Shown here piece after piece: positions 30,907-40,369 of a stretch of DNA of 64,000 bases (the stretch's first letter is position 1; each line of letters begins with the position of its first letter). Under the pieces are notes generated by a model. It was not told the DNA's origin, made no database searches, and was given only the letters and a program-made list of their open reading frames with translations. The position numbers and the translations under genes are program-made. The stretch lies in the NCBI GenBank assembly GCA_965215885.1, contig CBDCEW010000091.1, forward strand, positions 1 through 64,000, read 5' to 3'. The DNA is from Candidatus Moanibacter sp. (GTDB taxonomy: Bacteria > Verrucomicrobiota > Verrucomicrobiia > Opitutales > UBA2987).

Positions 30907-31950
30907 TCAATCTACCAGGGGCAGGTTTACGGTGGCCCCGGATTCAACGGAGCGAAAGACAGCTTCGGTAAATTCCATGTATTTCACTCCTTCGTAAAAG
31001 GTGGATTCCGGATTCGTCATCCTTCCCTGGATGGCATCGACGAAGTCCTGTTCGACCCGCCACTCGCGCGCTTCATCCTCGGGGATTGCTAAATCGCACA
31101 ACTGCTTTTCGGCGCTCCTACCGCCCAAGATGCGGTGCGTTCCCAATTCGTAGATGAGCGTCCCGTCGCTTCCGTAGGCTTCGATCCGATCGTTGGAAGC
31201 CATCTGTGCCACGCCGGAAAATATGAACACCGCCTCAGCCCCGTTCTCCATCCGCGCGAGAATATGCACGGAGTCGGGTCGGTCTACCGGCGCAGTCCCT
31301 CCTTCATCGAGCGGACGCTCTTCGGTAAATCGCTTGGCGTGCGCCGTGACCGAACTGGCAAAGCCGAACCAGCGGTGCACGAACTCTACAAGCATCCCGA
31401 GCTGAAGCGTGTTCAAGCCGGAGTAACGCTCGATCTGGCGCCAGTGGAGGGGCCGATTCGGGTCGGCCAGTTCGCCTGTCATGGACCGCACGTAAATTCC
31501 GTAGATCGTACCCAGATAACCCTCGCGCACCATCCGCCGCATGAACCAGTCCCCTTTCAGGCAGTGGGGTGGCGGGCAGATCTGTGTTACGAGACCGGTC
31601 TGCCGCGCCATTGCATACATCTGTTTCGCTTCTCGCAGACTCATCGCCATGCGGGCCTGGACAAATGCATGTTTACCTTTCTCGAGCGCCTCGAGTGCAA
31701 ATGGAGCATGTTTGTAGGGCCACGTGCCGACCATCACCGCGTCGACGTCATCCCTGGAGATAAGGGCATGCGGATCGGTCATGATGTCCGCCTCCAAGCC
31801 GAACTCCTCGGCTATCTTTCGCCCGCTCTCTTCACTCCGGTTGCAGATCGCAACAACCTCCGCCTCCGCGATCGGGGCTAGCCCCGGAAAATGACGTGAG
31901 CGAAAAATCCCGCCTGCTCCGATTACTCCGATTCGCGTTTTTTCTGCCAT
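30907..31950 (-). CDS. Gfo/Idh/MocA family oxidoreductase
   Basis: RIGVIGAGG, DVDAV.VGTWP..H, GKH. Confidence 0.9.
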   Translation of the reverse strand: MAEKTRIGVIGAGGIFRSRHFPGLAPIAEAEVVAICNRSEESGRKIAEEFGLEADIMTDPHALISRDDVDAVMVGTWPYKHAPFALEALEKGKHAFVQARMAMSLREAKQMYAMARQTGLVTQICPPPHCLKGDWFMRRMVREGYLGTIYGIYVRSMTGELADPNRPLHWRQIERYSGLNTLQLGMLVEFVHRWFGFASSVTAHAKRFTEERPLDEGGTAPVDRPDSVHILARMENGAEAVFIFSGVAQMASNDRIEAYGSDGTLIYELGTHRILGGRSAEKQLCDLAIPEDEAREWRVEQDFVDAIQGRMTNPESTFYEGVKYMEFTEAVFRSVESGATVNLPLVD

Positions 31951-32280
31951 GAATAAGCTCCTTTGGTGATCTAGCAGTCTTTAGCCGGCTATCGAGAGAG
32001 TTTCTCGGTTATATTCCGATCCCGGCTTGCCCGGACTGGCAATAAGAAAATGAATCCCAATCCCGGCAAGCCGGGATCGCTCGCCCATCGACAAGCTCAG
32101 GGTCTTCGACGAGCGAGCTTCCTACCCTCACGGTAATTCTACCCAGATTGGCCATTTCCCCGGCCCTCCATTTGCCATCCTCTGGGTCTCTTATTGGGCT
32201 TTTTACGGTAATCCGAAAATCTGTTTTAGATCCTGAACGGACCTTGCTTACATGTGAGGCCAGGTTAAGAATATACTCCT

Positions 32281-32958
32281 ATGCGATTGCTGGTGGTGGG
32301 GGCGGATCATCCTCTGGGTAGGGCGGTAGTGATACGCTTCGCTCGTGAACATGATGTCAAGAGTGCGACTTGGGCTGGGCCCTACGGGCAGGATAATGCA
32401 GCGAAGGACTTAACAGTTGTCCATCACACACGGAAAGCGGAGATCGATTGTCTGGTAGAGGGCGTCGATACGATCGTCTATTTGATCGAATACGAATCGC
32501 AAGAGAGCAACGAAGATGAGGCATGGCTAATTGAAAGGGCGACGCTGGCGCCGTATCGCCTCTTACAAGCAGCAAGAGAGGCTGGCGTGACACGGGTTGT
32601 CTTAGGAAGCACCTTGCGGCTCTTCGATTCCTACCCGGAGGACTGCGTCATCGACGAGCAATGGATGCCGCGGCCCAAACCTGAAGCGCGGGCGCTCGCT
32701 CCACACCTCTGTGAACAGACCTGCCGGGAGTTTGCGCGTGAAGGGCCGATGGCGGTGGTCGCCCTCCGGTTCGATTCATCAGAAATTGAAAATGATGGAA
32801 CCGTCGCGCTCTCTGCGATCGAAAAGGCATTAGAGTTACCGATGACGATTCCAGGCTACCGGTGGCAGGTGTTTCATATCGCAAATTTGGACCGTTACGT
32901 GACGCGACAGGCACAGATTCGTCTCGGCTGGGCAGGAAGGAAAGGGATTGGAAGTTGA
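32281..32958 (+). CDS. NAD-dependent epimerase/dehydratase-like protein (divergent)
   Basis: MRLLVVGA...LG, LLQAAREAGVTRVVLGST; catalytic YxxxK not evident. Confidence 0.7.
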   Translation: MRLLVVGADHPLGRAVVIRFAREHDVKSATWAGPYGQDNAAKDLTVVHHTRKAEIDCLVEGVDTIVYLIEYESQESNEDEAWLIERATLAPYRLLQAAREAGVTRVVLGSTLRLFDSYPEDCVIDEQWMPRPKPEARALAPHLCEQTCREFAREGPMAVVALRFDSSEIENDGTVALSAIEKALELPMTIPGYRWQVFHIANLDRYVTRQAQIRLGWAGRKGIGS

Positions 32959-32959
32959 T

Positions 32960-33760
32960 ATGGCGACGGTAAAGAGTGGAACCATTTGTATTTTCGGGGC
33001 AGGCGGTCCGGTTGCGGCGGTCGTCGCGGAGGCGTTGGCTCCCCATTACACCTTGCGTCTCGCCGATGCGCTTACGATAGACGAAATCCTTGCGCGTCCT
33101 TTCCAACACGAAGGGTTTCCGTGTCCACAGAGGCTTGAGTATCCCCATTCCTGGGAGGTGGCGGACATCACGGACTATGCTCAGGTGGGCAAGATTGTCG
33201 AGGGCTGTGATGCCGTAATCAACCTGACGGTGAACCGCGACGTGGAAGGTGCGGCTTTTGCCGTGAACGTGCTCGGGGCCTACCATGTGATGAAGGCGGC
33301 GGTGGAATTCCGTTTGAAACGGGTTATCCATACCGGTCCGGAAGCCGCCCACCCCCAGTTCGAGGGCGACTACTATCACGATTTCCGCATACCCGACGAA
33401 GCTCCCCCCCGCCCCGGCACGGCGCTTTATGCGCTCACCAAATTTCTGGGCCGTGAAGTCGTCGATGTCTTCGCGCGCGAGCGGCCGGAAGTCGAGGTGA
33501 TGACTTTTCTGGTGTCGCGTCTGCGTCCTGCGCACGAAAAGGATGGCCGCGACGATGATGTGGTGGTGGCGTATTCTACGGCATGGGAGGACCTCGGGGA
33601 CGCTTTTTTGTGCGGGTTGCGCGCTCCGTCGATGCCACGTCCGAATGAAGTCTTTCATATCTGCGGCAGGCTTCCCATGGGAAAGTTCTCTCCCGACAAA
33701 GCAGAGCGCCTGCTCGGCTGGAAACCGGAGCATGACTTTAGACGCTTTTACACCCGCTAA
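32960..33760 (+). CDS. NAD-dependent epimerase / uronate dehydrogenase-like protein
   Basis: IFGAGG, DITD, VNVLGAYHV..AA, YALTK. Confidence 0.82.
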   Translation: MATVKSGTICIFGAGGPVAAVVAEALAPHYTLRLADALTIDEILARPFQHEGFPCPQRLEYPHSWEVADITDYAQVGKIVEGCDAVINLTVNRDVEGAAFAVNVLGAYHVMKAAVEFRLKRVIHTGPEAAHPQFEGDYYHDFRIPDEAPPRPGTALYALTKFLGREVVDVFARERPEVEVMTFLVSRLRPAHEKDGRDDDVVVAYSTAWEDLGDAFLCGLRAPSMPRPNEVFHICGRLPMGKFSPDKAERLLGWKPEHDFRRFYTR

Positions 33761-33874
33761 GAGCCTGTCGGACTTTGCCGGCAGGCTCTTAGCGGAGAAT
33801 CTGTCGGACTCCAGGTCCGACAGATTTGGAACTTTAAGATTCGCAGATCTTTGGGTTAGCGGAGTAGCAATGGT

Positions 33875-33980
33875 TGTCATCGCGAGCCGACCGAAAGGGA
33901 GGCGCGGCGATCCAGGAAAAGGGATGGGCAGCGAATCCATTTCTGGATTGCTTCTCCCGCTGGGCGGGATCGCAATGACA
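33875..33980. repeat. RPE-like palindromic repeat
   Basis: TGTCATCGCGA...GATCCAG...CTGGATTGC...TCGCAATGACA. Confidence 0.7.
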
Positions 33981-34045
33981 GTGATTTCTCTTTGGTCTAT
34001 TTGTCTCAAAGAAATGGACGGCCTTAGTGTCTACAGGATGACCCC

Positions 34046-35131
34046 GTGAATCCTACCCGCATACTGACATTTTTCGCTACCAGTACGAACGGTGAAAGTC
34101 GGGGGATTTACCGTTCGTGGTTTGACGCGACGCGGGGCGCCTTTGCGGAAGTAGAACTGGCGATGGAAGCGCCCAATCCGACCTTCCTTGCTGCGTGCGC
34201 AGGGCGCGGGTTGTTGTACTCAACCAGCGAAGTGCCTGAGACCGAAGGCCGAGCTGAGGGGGCTCTCTACGCCTATTCGGTGGAGGAGGAGAACGGCGCA
34301 CTGGGGCTAATCAACCGTGCCTTCACCGGCGGTATGGGCCCATCCTTCGTCGATTGTGATTGCACCCCGAGGACCGTCATCACGTCGAATATCTGGGGTG
34401 GCAGTGTGGCTTCTTTCCGGATCGAAGACGATGGCCGGCTGTCGGATCCGGTCTCTGTCGTTGAGCACGTTGCTGAGGGGGGCGGTGTGCATCCTCGATT
34501 ACAGGACAGGCCCCATCCGCACTCGATCCGATTCGATCTTTGTGGCCGCTTTGCCCTGGCGTGCGATCGTGGCGCCGATCGCATTTTTATCTACCGGCAC
34601 GAGCCTGAGACCTCCCGCCTGGTTCCGCATGAGCCTTACGAAGTTGTGGCCGCTCACGGAGCGGGGCCGCGGCACCTCTCCTTCCATCCCAACGGCCGTT
34701 TTGTCTTTGTCCTCAATGAATTGAACAGCACGATTACGGTCTACAGCTACGATGCGGATGAGGGAAGGACTCAAGAAGAGGAGACCGTAGGCACCTTGCC
34801 GCACGGGTTCCAGGGCGAGAACATGACCGCCGAAATCGAGGCCAGCGCCTGCGGACGCTTTCTCTACAGTTCCAATCGCGGCCATAACAGTATCGCGATG
34901 TTCCGAGTCGATGCCGACAAAGGGCGCCTCGAACCGCTTGGACATTGCAGCACCCGCGGCGATTGGCCCCGCACATTCAGGATCGACCCCACCGGATCCT
35001 GGCTTGTGGCCGCCAACCAAAGAACCAGTGACGCCTTCGTCTTTCGCATCGATCCGGAAAATGGCGGCCTCACACCGGCGGGTGACCGCCTCGCCGTCAT
35101 CAACCCGACCTGTGTTCGGTTCTTTTGCTGA
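34046..35131 (+). CDS. Lactonase, 7-bladed beta-propeller (6-phosphogluconolactonase family)
   Basis: Q..PHPH, GAGPRHL.FHPNG, NEL.ST, SNRGHNSI, WPR.F. Confidence 0.92.
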   Translation: MNPTRILTFFATSTNGESRGIYRSWFDATRGAFAEVELAMEAPNPTFLAACAGRGLLYSTSEVPETEGRAEGALYAYSVEEENGALGLINRAFTGGMGPSFVDCDCTPRTVITSNIWGGSVASFRIEDDGRLSDPVSVVEHVAEGGGVHPRLQDRPHPHSIRFDLCGRFALACDRGADRIFIYRHEPETSRLVPHEPYEVVAAHGAGPRHLSFHPNGRFVFVLNELNSTITVYSYDADEGRTQEEETVGTLPHGFQGENMTAEIEASACGRFLYSSNRGHNSIAMFRVDADKGRLEPLGHCSTRGDWPRTFRIDPTGSWLVAANQRTSDAFVFRIDPENGGLTPAGDRLAVINPTCVRFFC

Positions 35132-35457
35132 CCCCAAAAATTGAATGTAGATGTGGTCTGGCGGCCGGAACTTTCAGTGCGAGTTGCCTGGTCAGTAGCG
35201 GAAAGCGGGAGCTTTTCGACACGCGGATAAGACTGAGTCGCCGAATTTATTTGCACGAAGGCAGATTTCCCACTGAATGTACGAAAAGCTCCCGCTTTTC
35301 CGCTACTGACGTTTCTCCGTTCAAAGGAAGCAGGACGAACTTTGGTGCCTCACCGGGTTGTCGCGTGGGAGATCCGATAGAGAATCTGGGCGCTACGATT
35401 CTTTTGGGAGTGCCGTAGATTTATATCGTTTGTATTCGAGATTTGAAAGCACGGGCT

Positions 35458-38310
35458 CTACCTATAGGTTTCCTTCAGTTGTCTGACCAATCTGGGGTAT
35501 TCCTCAAGAAGCCGGGTAATCTCTGCAACATTAAGGGCTGAGAGCGGTGCCTTCAGATCTGCGGCGAACCGCGACACTTCATCGCACTGATATTGTTCTC
35601 CCAATACTCCCACTCGATTCGCGAATTTCTCGATCCTCGCGACCCGCCGCCGTTTCGTGCACACTTCGTATTCGCCGGCCAAATCACCTTCAAGGAGAGC
35701 CAGAAGTTCGTCGATTTGGGGAAGTCGGGAGGGCTTCCGCTGGACCGCCTTTTCCGTTCTTTCCCGTATCTCGGCCAGGGCTTGACCTTTTTTCTGTTCC
35801 GATCTGGCTGAGCGGTAGGGAAGGAAACGTTTCAATTCAGCAATCACTTCAGACCGCTGCACTGGTTTGGTAAGAAACCCGTCAGGTTCAAATCCAGGGG
35901 TGATAAACTCTTCCGGCTTGGAAAGGGATGCGGTCAGAATAACGATTGGTATCTGTCCTGTTAGCGGATCGCTACGTATCTCTCTGGACGCCGCTTTACC
36001 GTCCATAACCGGCATCATAATATCCATAAGGATAAGGGCGGGCTGGTGTCTTCTGGCCATAGCTACCCCATCGATGCCGTCCTCGGCTTCAAGCACGGAC
36101 AGACCGGTATTCACCAGGAACTCGCTTAGAACCTGGCGATTAAACTGGTTGTCCTCCACAATCAGTATCGTTGCGGGGTCGAAGACAGACTCATCCTCAG
36201 TGCCGCTCTTATCGGATACGACATCTTTCTCATCAACCGCGGTTACTTCCAACTCTTTAAGTCTGACAATGAAAACTGTACTTTTACCCCGCTCACTTTC
36301 CACTTCAATGGTGCCGCCAATCAGATCGACGAGGCGCTTTGTTATGGCCAGTCCGAGCCCGGTTCCGCCAAATGTGCGAGTACTTTGTCCGCTCTGTTGC
36401 ACAAATTGTTCGAAAATGCGGTCCTTCTCTTCCTCTTTGATTCCTACCCCTGTATCCTCTACTCGAAAGACAAGGTCGATCTTGCCTGGATCACCCTTGA
36501 CGGCTGACTTACTTACGCCCAATCGGACGTGACCGGATTCCGTGAATTTGATCGCATTATCAAGGAGGTTCAGGAGCACCTGCCTTAATCGTACTTCATC
36601 CAGGAGAATCCACTTGGGCAGCGCCGGATCAACCTCAAGAATTAAGTCCAGGCCCTTTTCCTTAGTCTGCAGTTCGAAAATCCTTTCGATCTCATTGATT
36701 ACCGAAGTGACATTGACCGGCTCCCATTCGATACTCAATTTTCCGGCTTCGATCTTGGAGAGATCAAGTAGATCATTAATCAAACCCAACAGGATCTTAC
36801 CGCTCGACGATATAGATGCGAGGTAGCTGCCGAGAACCTCGTCATCTATCTTTTTTTCGAGTAGTTCCGTAAAGCCGAGGATGGCATTCATGGGCGTGCG
36901 AATTTCATGACTCATGTTTGCTAGAAACTGACTTTTTGCACGATTGGCTGCTTCCGCCTCACTGGCCAGTCGGTTAGCCTGACTTTTGGCCGCTTCCAAG
37001 TCACTGTTAGCCTGCCTCATAGCCAGCTCAGCCTGTTTTCGCAGGGTAATGTCCAGGCCGTAGATATTCACACTGGAGGTATCGCTACCCGGACGCGAAA
37101 AAGTAAGTAACATAAAGTGACCATCGTGTTCTATTTCCTCCTTTTGGGTCGTCCCGTTTTGGGATACTTCTCGAACCAGTGGCCTCCACTTCTTCGGGAT
37201 AGTTTTCTCAAAGCCGGTATTCCAGAATCCCAGCAGCGCACTGCTGGATTCATTGGCGTAAGTAACCGTTCCATCAAGAGAGACTTTCATTACAGGATTC
37301 GGATTGTCGCCCGGGAATCGCCCCATGACACGCAGGCGTTCTTCGGTTTTTTCTCGCTCAGCTATCTCCTTAAAGAGACTATTCATCGATTCCCTGAGTT
37401 CTCGCGTTCGCTCCTCTACGGCGGCTTCAAGTTCCGCGCGGTGCGAGGTCAGCTCATCAAGACTGCGCTTGAGCCGCTCCGTCATATTGTTAAAAGCGGT
37501 GGCCAATTCCCCTGTCTCGTCTCTGCGTTTGAAATTGAAGCGATAATCGAGATCGCCTGCTCCTATCTTTTCAGCGCCCTCGGTCAACGCTACGATAGGT
37601 TCTGCCAAGCGCCTTCCCATCCACCAGCCAATCCCGAGAGGAAACGGTATGAGCCCCAGAAAAATCAAGACAGACAGCTTCAGGAAACCCTTCTCTCTCG
37701 CCAGCACGCTTTCGGCCGAGATACTTAGCGAGAGGACGGCTTCCGTCTCCCCACTATGGTCGAAAACGGGAGCAAAGCCAGTCAGGCGCGCTCCCCAGTT
37801 CGTTGTGTGAAAGTCCCTGTTTACGTAGGGTTTCTTCAGGTTAGCAAAATCCGCGATCTGTTCTCGGCTCGCATTCACCCAGACGTCACCCACGTGACCT
37901 ACTCGAGCAGGATCGAACCCCGGAATGCCCTCGTACCACGAATCGGCAACCACCGTGATCTGACCACTTTCATTCTGGCGCAAAGTGACGACCGCGCTGA
38001 TGTCTTCCCCGGAATCGTGGATCTTGCGTAGAATCTGTTCGATTTTAGAATGAGTGGGATTTCCCTCCTGGGAGCGATTAACTATCGTGCTGTGTGCGGC
38101 AGCGTCCACCAGATGGGCGCCGATGCTGACACTTTGCTCCAACCGCTCCCGAAAATCTTCTCGCAATTCGTTGCGCGCGAATTCAAACAGGACAAAAGTC
38201 AGCAGTGCAGCCACCAGAATAGCAAGAGACGCAAACGATAGTCCGAGTTTAGTCTCCAGCTTGATGAAATTCCGCCTTTGCGCGCCACCTCTCGTACGCT
38301 TGCTCATCAT
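35458..38310 (-). CDS. Hybrid sensor histidine kinase (TM-HAMP-PAS-like-HisKA-HATPase-REC)
   Basis: FLANMSHEIRTPMNAILG, NLLDNAIKFT, DTGVGI, GTGLGL, ILMDIMMP. Confidence 0.95.
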   Translation of the reverse strand: MMSKRTRGGAQRRNFIKLETKLGLSFASLAILVAALLTFVLFEFARNELREDFRERLEQSVSIGAHLVDAAAHSTIVNRSQEGNPTHSKIEQILRKIHDSGEDISAVVTLRQNESGQITVVADSWYEGIPGFDPARVGHVGDVWVNASREQIADFANLKKPYVNRDFHTTNWGARLTGFAPVFDHSGETEAVLSLSISAESVLAREKGFLKLSVLIFLGLIPFPLGIGWWMGRRLAEPIVALTEGAEKIGAGDLDYRFNFKRRDETGELATAFNNMTERLKRSLDELTSHRAELEAAVEERTRELRESMNSLFKEIAEREKTEERLRVMGRFPGDNPNPVMKVSLDGTVTYANESSSALLGFWNTGFEKTIPKKWRPLVREVSQNGTTQKEEIEHDGHFMLLTFSRPGSDTSSVNIYGLDITLRKQAELAMRQANSDLEAAKSQANRLASEAEAANRAKSQFLANMSHEIRTPMNAILGFTELLEKKIDDEVLGSYLASISSSGKILLGLINDLLDLSKIEAGKLSIEWEPVNVTSVINEIERIFELQTKEKGLDLILEVDPALPKWILLDEVRLRQVLLNLLDNAIKFTESGHVRLGVSKSAVKGDPGKIDLVFRVEDTGVGIKEEEKDRIFEQFVQQSGQSTRTFGGTGLGLAITKRLVDLIGGTIEVESERGKSTVFIVRLKELEVTAVDEKDVVSDKSGTEDESVFDPATILIVEDNQFNRQVLSEFLVNTGLSVLEAEDGIDGVAMARRHQPALILMDIMMPVMDGKAASREIRSDPLTGQIPIVILTASLSKPEEFITPGFEPDGFLTKPVQRSEVIAELKRFLPYRSARSEQKKGQALAEIRERTEKAVQRKPSRLPQIDELLALLEGDLAGEYEVCTKRRRVARIEKFANRVGVLGEQYQCDEVSRFAADLKAPLSALNVAEITRLLEEYPRLVRQLKETYR

Positions 38311-38490
38311 CCTGTTGACTCCGTAATTGATACGGAAATATGGGCGAGTTCAAATTGGGCTTCCATGATAGCTAAACAAACATAATTATGGCCTCATCGT
38401 AAGGACAAATATGAGAATAGTCAGTTCATTCTAGACACCGCTCGTAATCCCACACTTGCAATGCCTTAATTGATCCGCGATAAACACCAG

Positions 38491-39276
38491 ATGGCTGAAC
38501 GACTGGAAGGAAAAGTTGCCCTCGTAACTGGCGCCTCGCGTGGGATCGGGCGGGCGATTGCCTTGCGCTTCGCGGCAGAGGGCGCGTCTGTGGCGGTGCA
38601 TTATCGGGCGAATACGGAGATGGCTGAGAGCGTATGCCAGGAAATTGCGGCCGCGGGCGGAACCGCCGTTCCAGTTCAGGGAGATGTTGGCGATGCGGAT
38701 GCCATCCCAGATTTTGTGGAGGCGGTGCATGATCGTTTCCAGCGGATTGACATCCTTGTCAACAACGCCGGGATTTTCCTTCCCTCCTCCTTCGCCGAAG
38801 TATCCCTGGACAACTTTGAACGCCTCATGCGGGTCAACGTTTTCGGGCTGGTCGGTGTCACCCGAGCGGTCATACCGGGTATGATTGAGCGACGTTATGG
38901 AAAGATTGTCAATCTTGCCTCAATCGCTGCCCTCGGCACAAAATTCGAAGGTACCAGCGGCTACGGCGTAGCTAAAGCCGCAGTCGTTGCCGTTACTAAG
39001 CGAACGGCCCGCGATTTAGGACCTCACAATATCAACGTCAACGCCATCGCGCCCGGATTGATCCGAACGGATATGGGAATGCCGGAGGCCGATGAGGCGG
39101 AAAGAGAAGCCAGAGAACAGAGCTTCGCTGGGAATGCGGTCCTTGGAAGGATCGGCGAACCGGAAGAAATCGCGCACGCCGCCGTTTTCCTTGCCTCTGA
39201 CGAGGCGTCATTTATCACGGGACAGGTGCTCGTGATCGACGGCGGCCGCACGGATTACCTGACTCATTCGATGTAG
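38491..39276 (+). CDS. Short-chain dehydrogenase/reductase (FabG-like)
   Basis: TGASRGIG, NNAG, YGVAK, NAIAPG, GQVLVIDGG. Confidence 0.92.
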   Translation: MAERLEGKVALVTGASRGIGRAIALRFAAEGASVAVHYRANTEMAESVCQEIAAAGGTAVPVQGDVGDADAIPDFVEAVHDRFQRIDILVNNAGIFLPSSFAEVSLDNFERLMRVNVFGLVGVTRAVIPGMIERRYGKIVNLASIAALGTKFEGTSGYGVAKAAVVAVTKRTARDLGPHNINVNAIAPGLIRTDMGMPEADEAEREAREQSFAGNAVLGRIGEPEEIAHAAVFLASDEASFITGQVLVIDGGRTDYLTHSM

Positions 39277-39307
39277 GAATCTGTCGGACCCAAAGTCCGT
39301 CAAATTC

Positions 39308-39489
39308 CTAGCCCGGACATTTCACACACTTCGCAGCGAGACAGCGTAGATCGCTGCGTATCAGGGCCTTTCCGCAGTTCGGCGGGCGACAGTGTGTTGG
39401 AACCCTCTGAGGTCGCCGAGCAAGGGAAGGGGTTGAGACGCAGTGATATCCGTGGTCGTAGCAGAAGGTTTGTGAAATTTTCGGGCTAG
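39308..39489 (+). mobile_element. 182-bp CTAG-ended MITE, copy B
   Basis: TIRs CTAGCCCGGACATTTCACA / TGTGAAATTTTCGGGCTAG; the right CTAG supplies the stop codon of 39486-40109. Confidence 0.9.
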
Positions 39490-40109
39490 AGTATCTCCTT
39501 ATAGACCTCCCTTACCTCGATTCGGGCATTGCCGGGAGTAGAGTTTCTGATCTCCTCTGCCACGCTGTGCGCCAGGGGCAGCATCACCGATCGCGGATGG
39601 GATCCGGGCACTTCCAGGGACTGACGTTTTGAGCCCAGAATCGTCAACCCCGCCGCGAAATCCTCCGTTTCGAAACTCTTCCCTTCTTCAAGATTCTCAA
39701 GGTTCCGAATTTCTAGACTCTCAATTGATTCGATGGGAATCGAATTTGATTTCTTCACGAATCTGATCTTTTCTGAGGCCGCGAGGATCCCGTCAGAGAT
39801 CCGAATCTCTGTGTGATGCAGGTTCAGCGCGGTGAGAATTCCCATCAGGATGATAAATATGCCAAGCAGAAAGGGTGGTACGCCCAGGAAGGCGAAGCCG
39901 ATGATGATCCACCGGAAAATGCCGGATTCCGGCAAACTCAGGAGTGGAACCGCGATCCATGTGAACATGAAGAGACAGATCATAATCCCGAAAAGAATCA
40001 CCATGATGCCGTTTTTCAAAGATGGCATGGCATCCGCCTTCGGGAGCCTGTAAACGGTTCCTCGTAGCGTTTGCGATTGCACAATCCCAGGGGGCAGATC
40101 GGTTTTCAC
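39486..40109 (-). CDS. Membrane protein of unknown function (possibly 3' truncated by the MITE)
   Basis: Two hydrophobic helices; stop codon coincides with the MITE end. Confidence 0.6.
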   Translation of the reverse strand: MKTDLPPGIVQSQTLRGTVYRLPKADAMPSLKNGIMVILFGIMICLFMFTWIAVPLLSLPESGIFRWIIIGFAFLGVPPFLLGIFIILMGILTALNLHHTEIRISDGILAASEKIRFVKKSNSIPIESIESLEIRNLENLEEGKSFETEDFAAGLTILGSKRQSLEVPGSHPRSVMLPLAHSVAEEIRNSTPGNARIEVREVYKEIL

Positions 40110-40275
40110 GTAAGGATTTCGGGCGTTAGGCCGGGAATGTCGGGGTCGGCGGGGAAGAAGGGACGCTGGAGGCGACTAAAGGAGACGTCTTTGACAGAGG
40201 CCGGCGTCGGTCCTGGAGTGTCGAGGACGAAGATTCCCTTGGCGGTGGAACCATAGGCGTTGCGATAATTCATTG
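40106..40275 (-). pseudogene. MlrC (M81 peptidase) C-terminal remnant
   Basis: YR.AY...AK.I.VLDTPGPT.......F.RL.RP.FP.D resembles the MlrC C-terminus. Confidence 0.5.
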
Positions 40276-40369
40276 CACTCCGTGAAAATAGCACCGAGGG
40301 CGATGCGAGGCTGGGATTTCACCATTTGAAAAGTGGATTGTTACGAGTGCAGGGGAAGTGGGGTGCTCG

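Noticed and set aside
32648..34009. Long antisense ORFs (also 49543-51036, 56482-57765, 61079-62098)
   Set aside because: Shadow frames opposite well-supported genes in GC-rich DNA, with no domain motifs.
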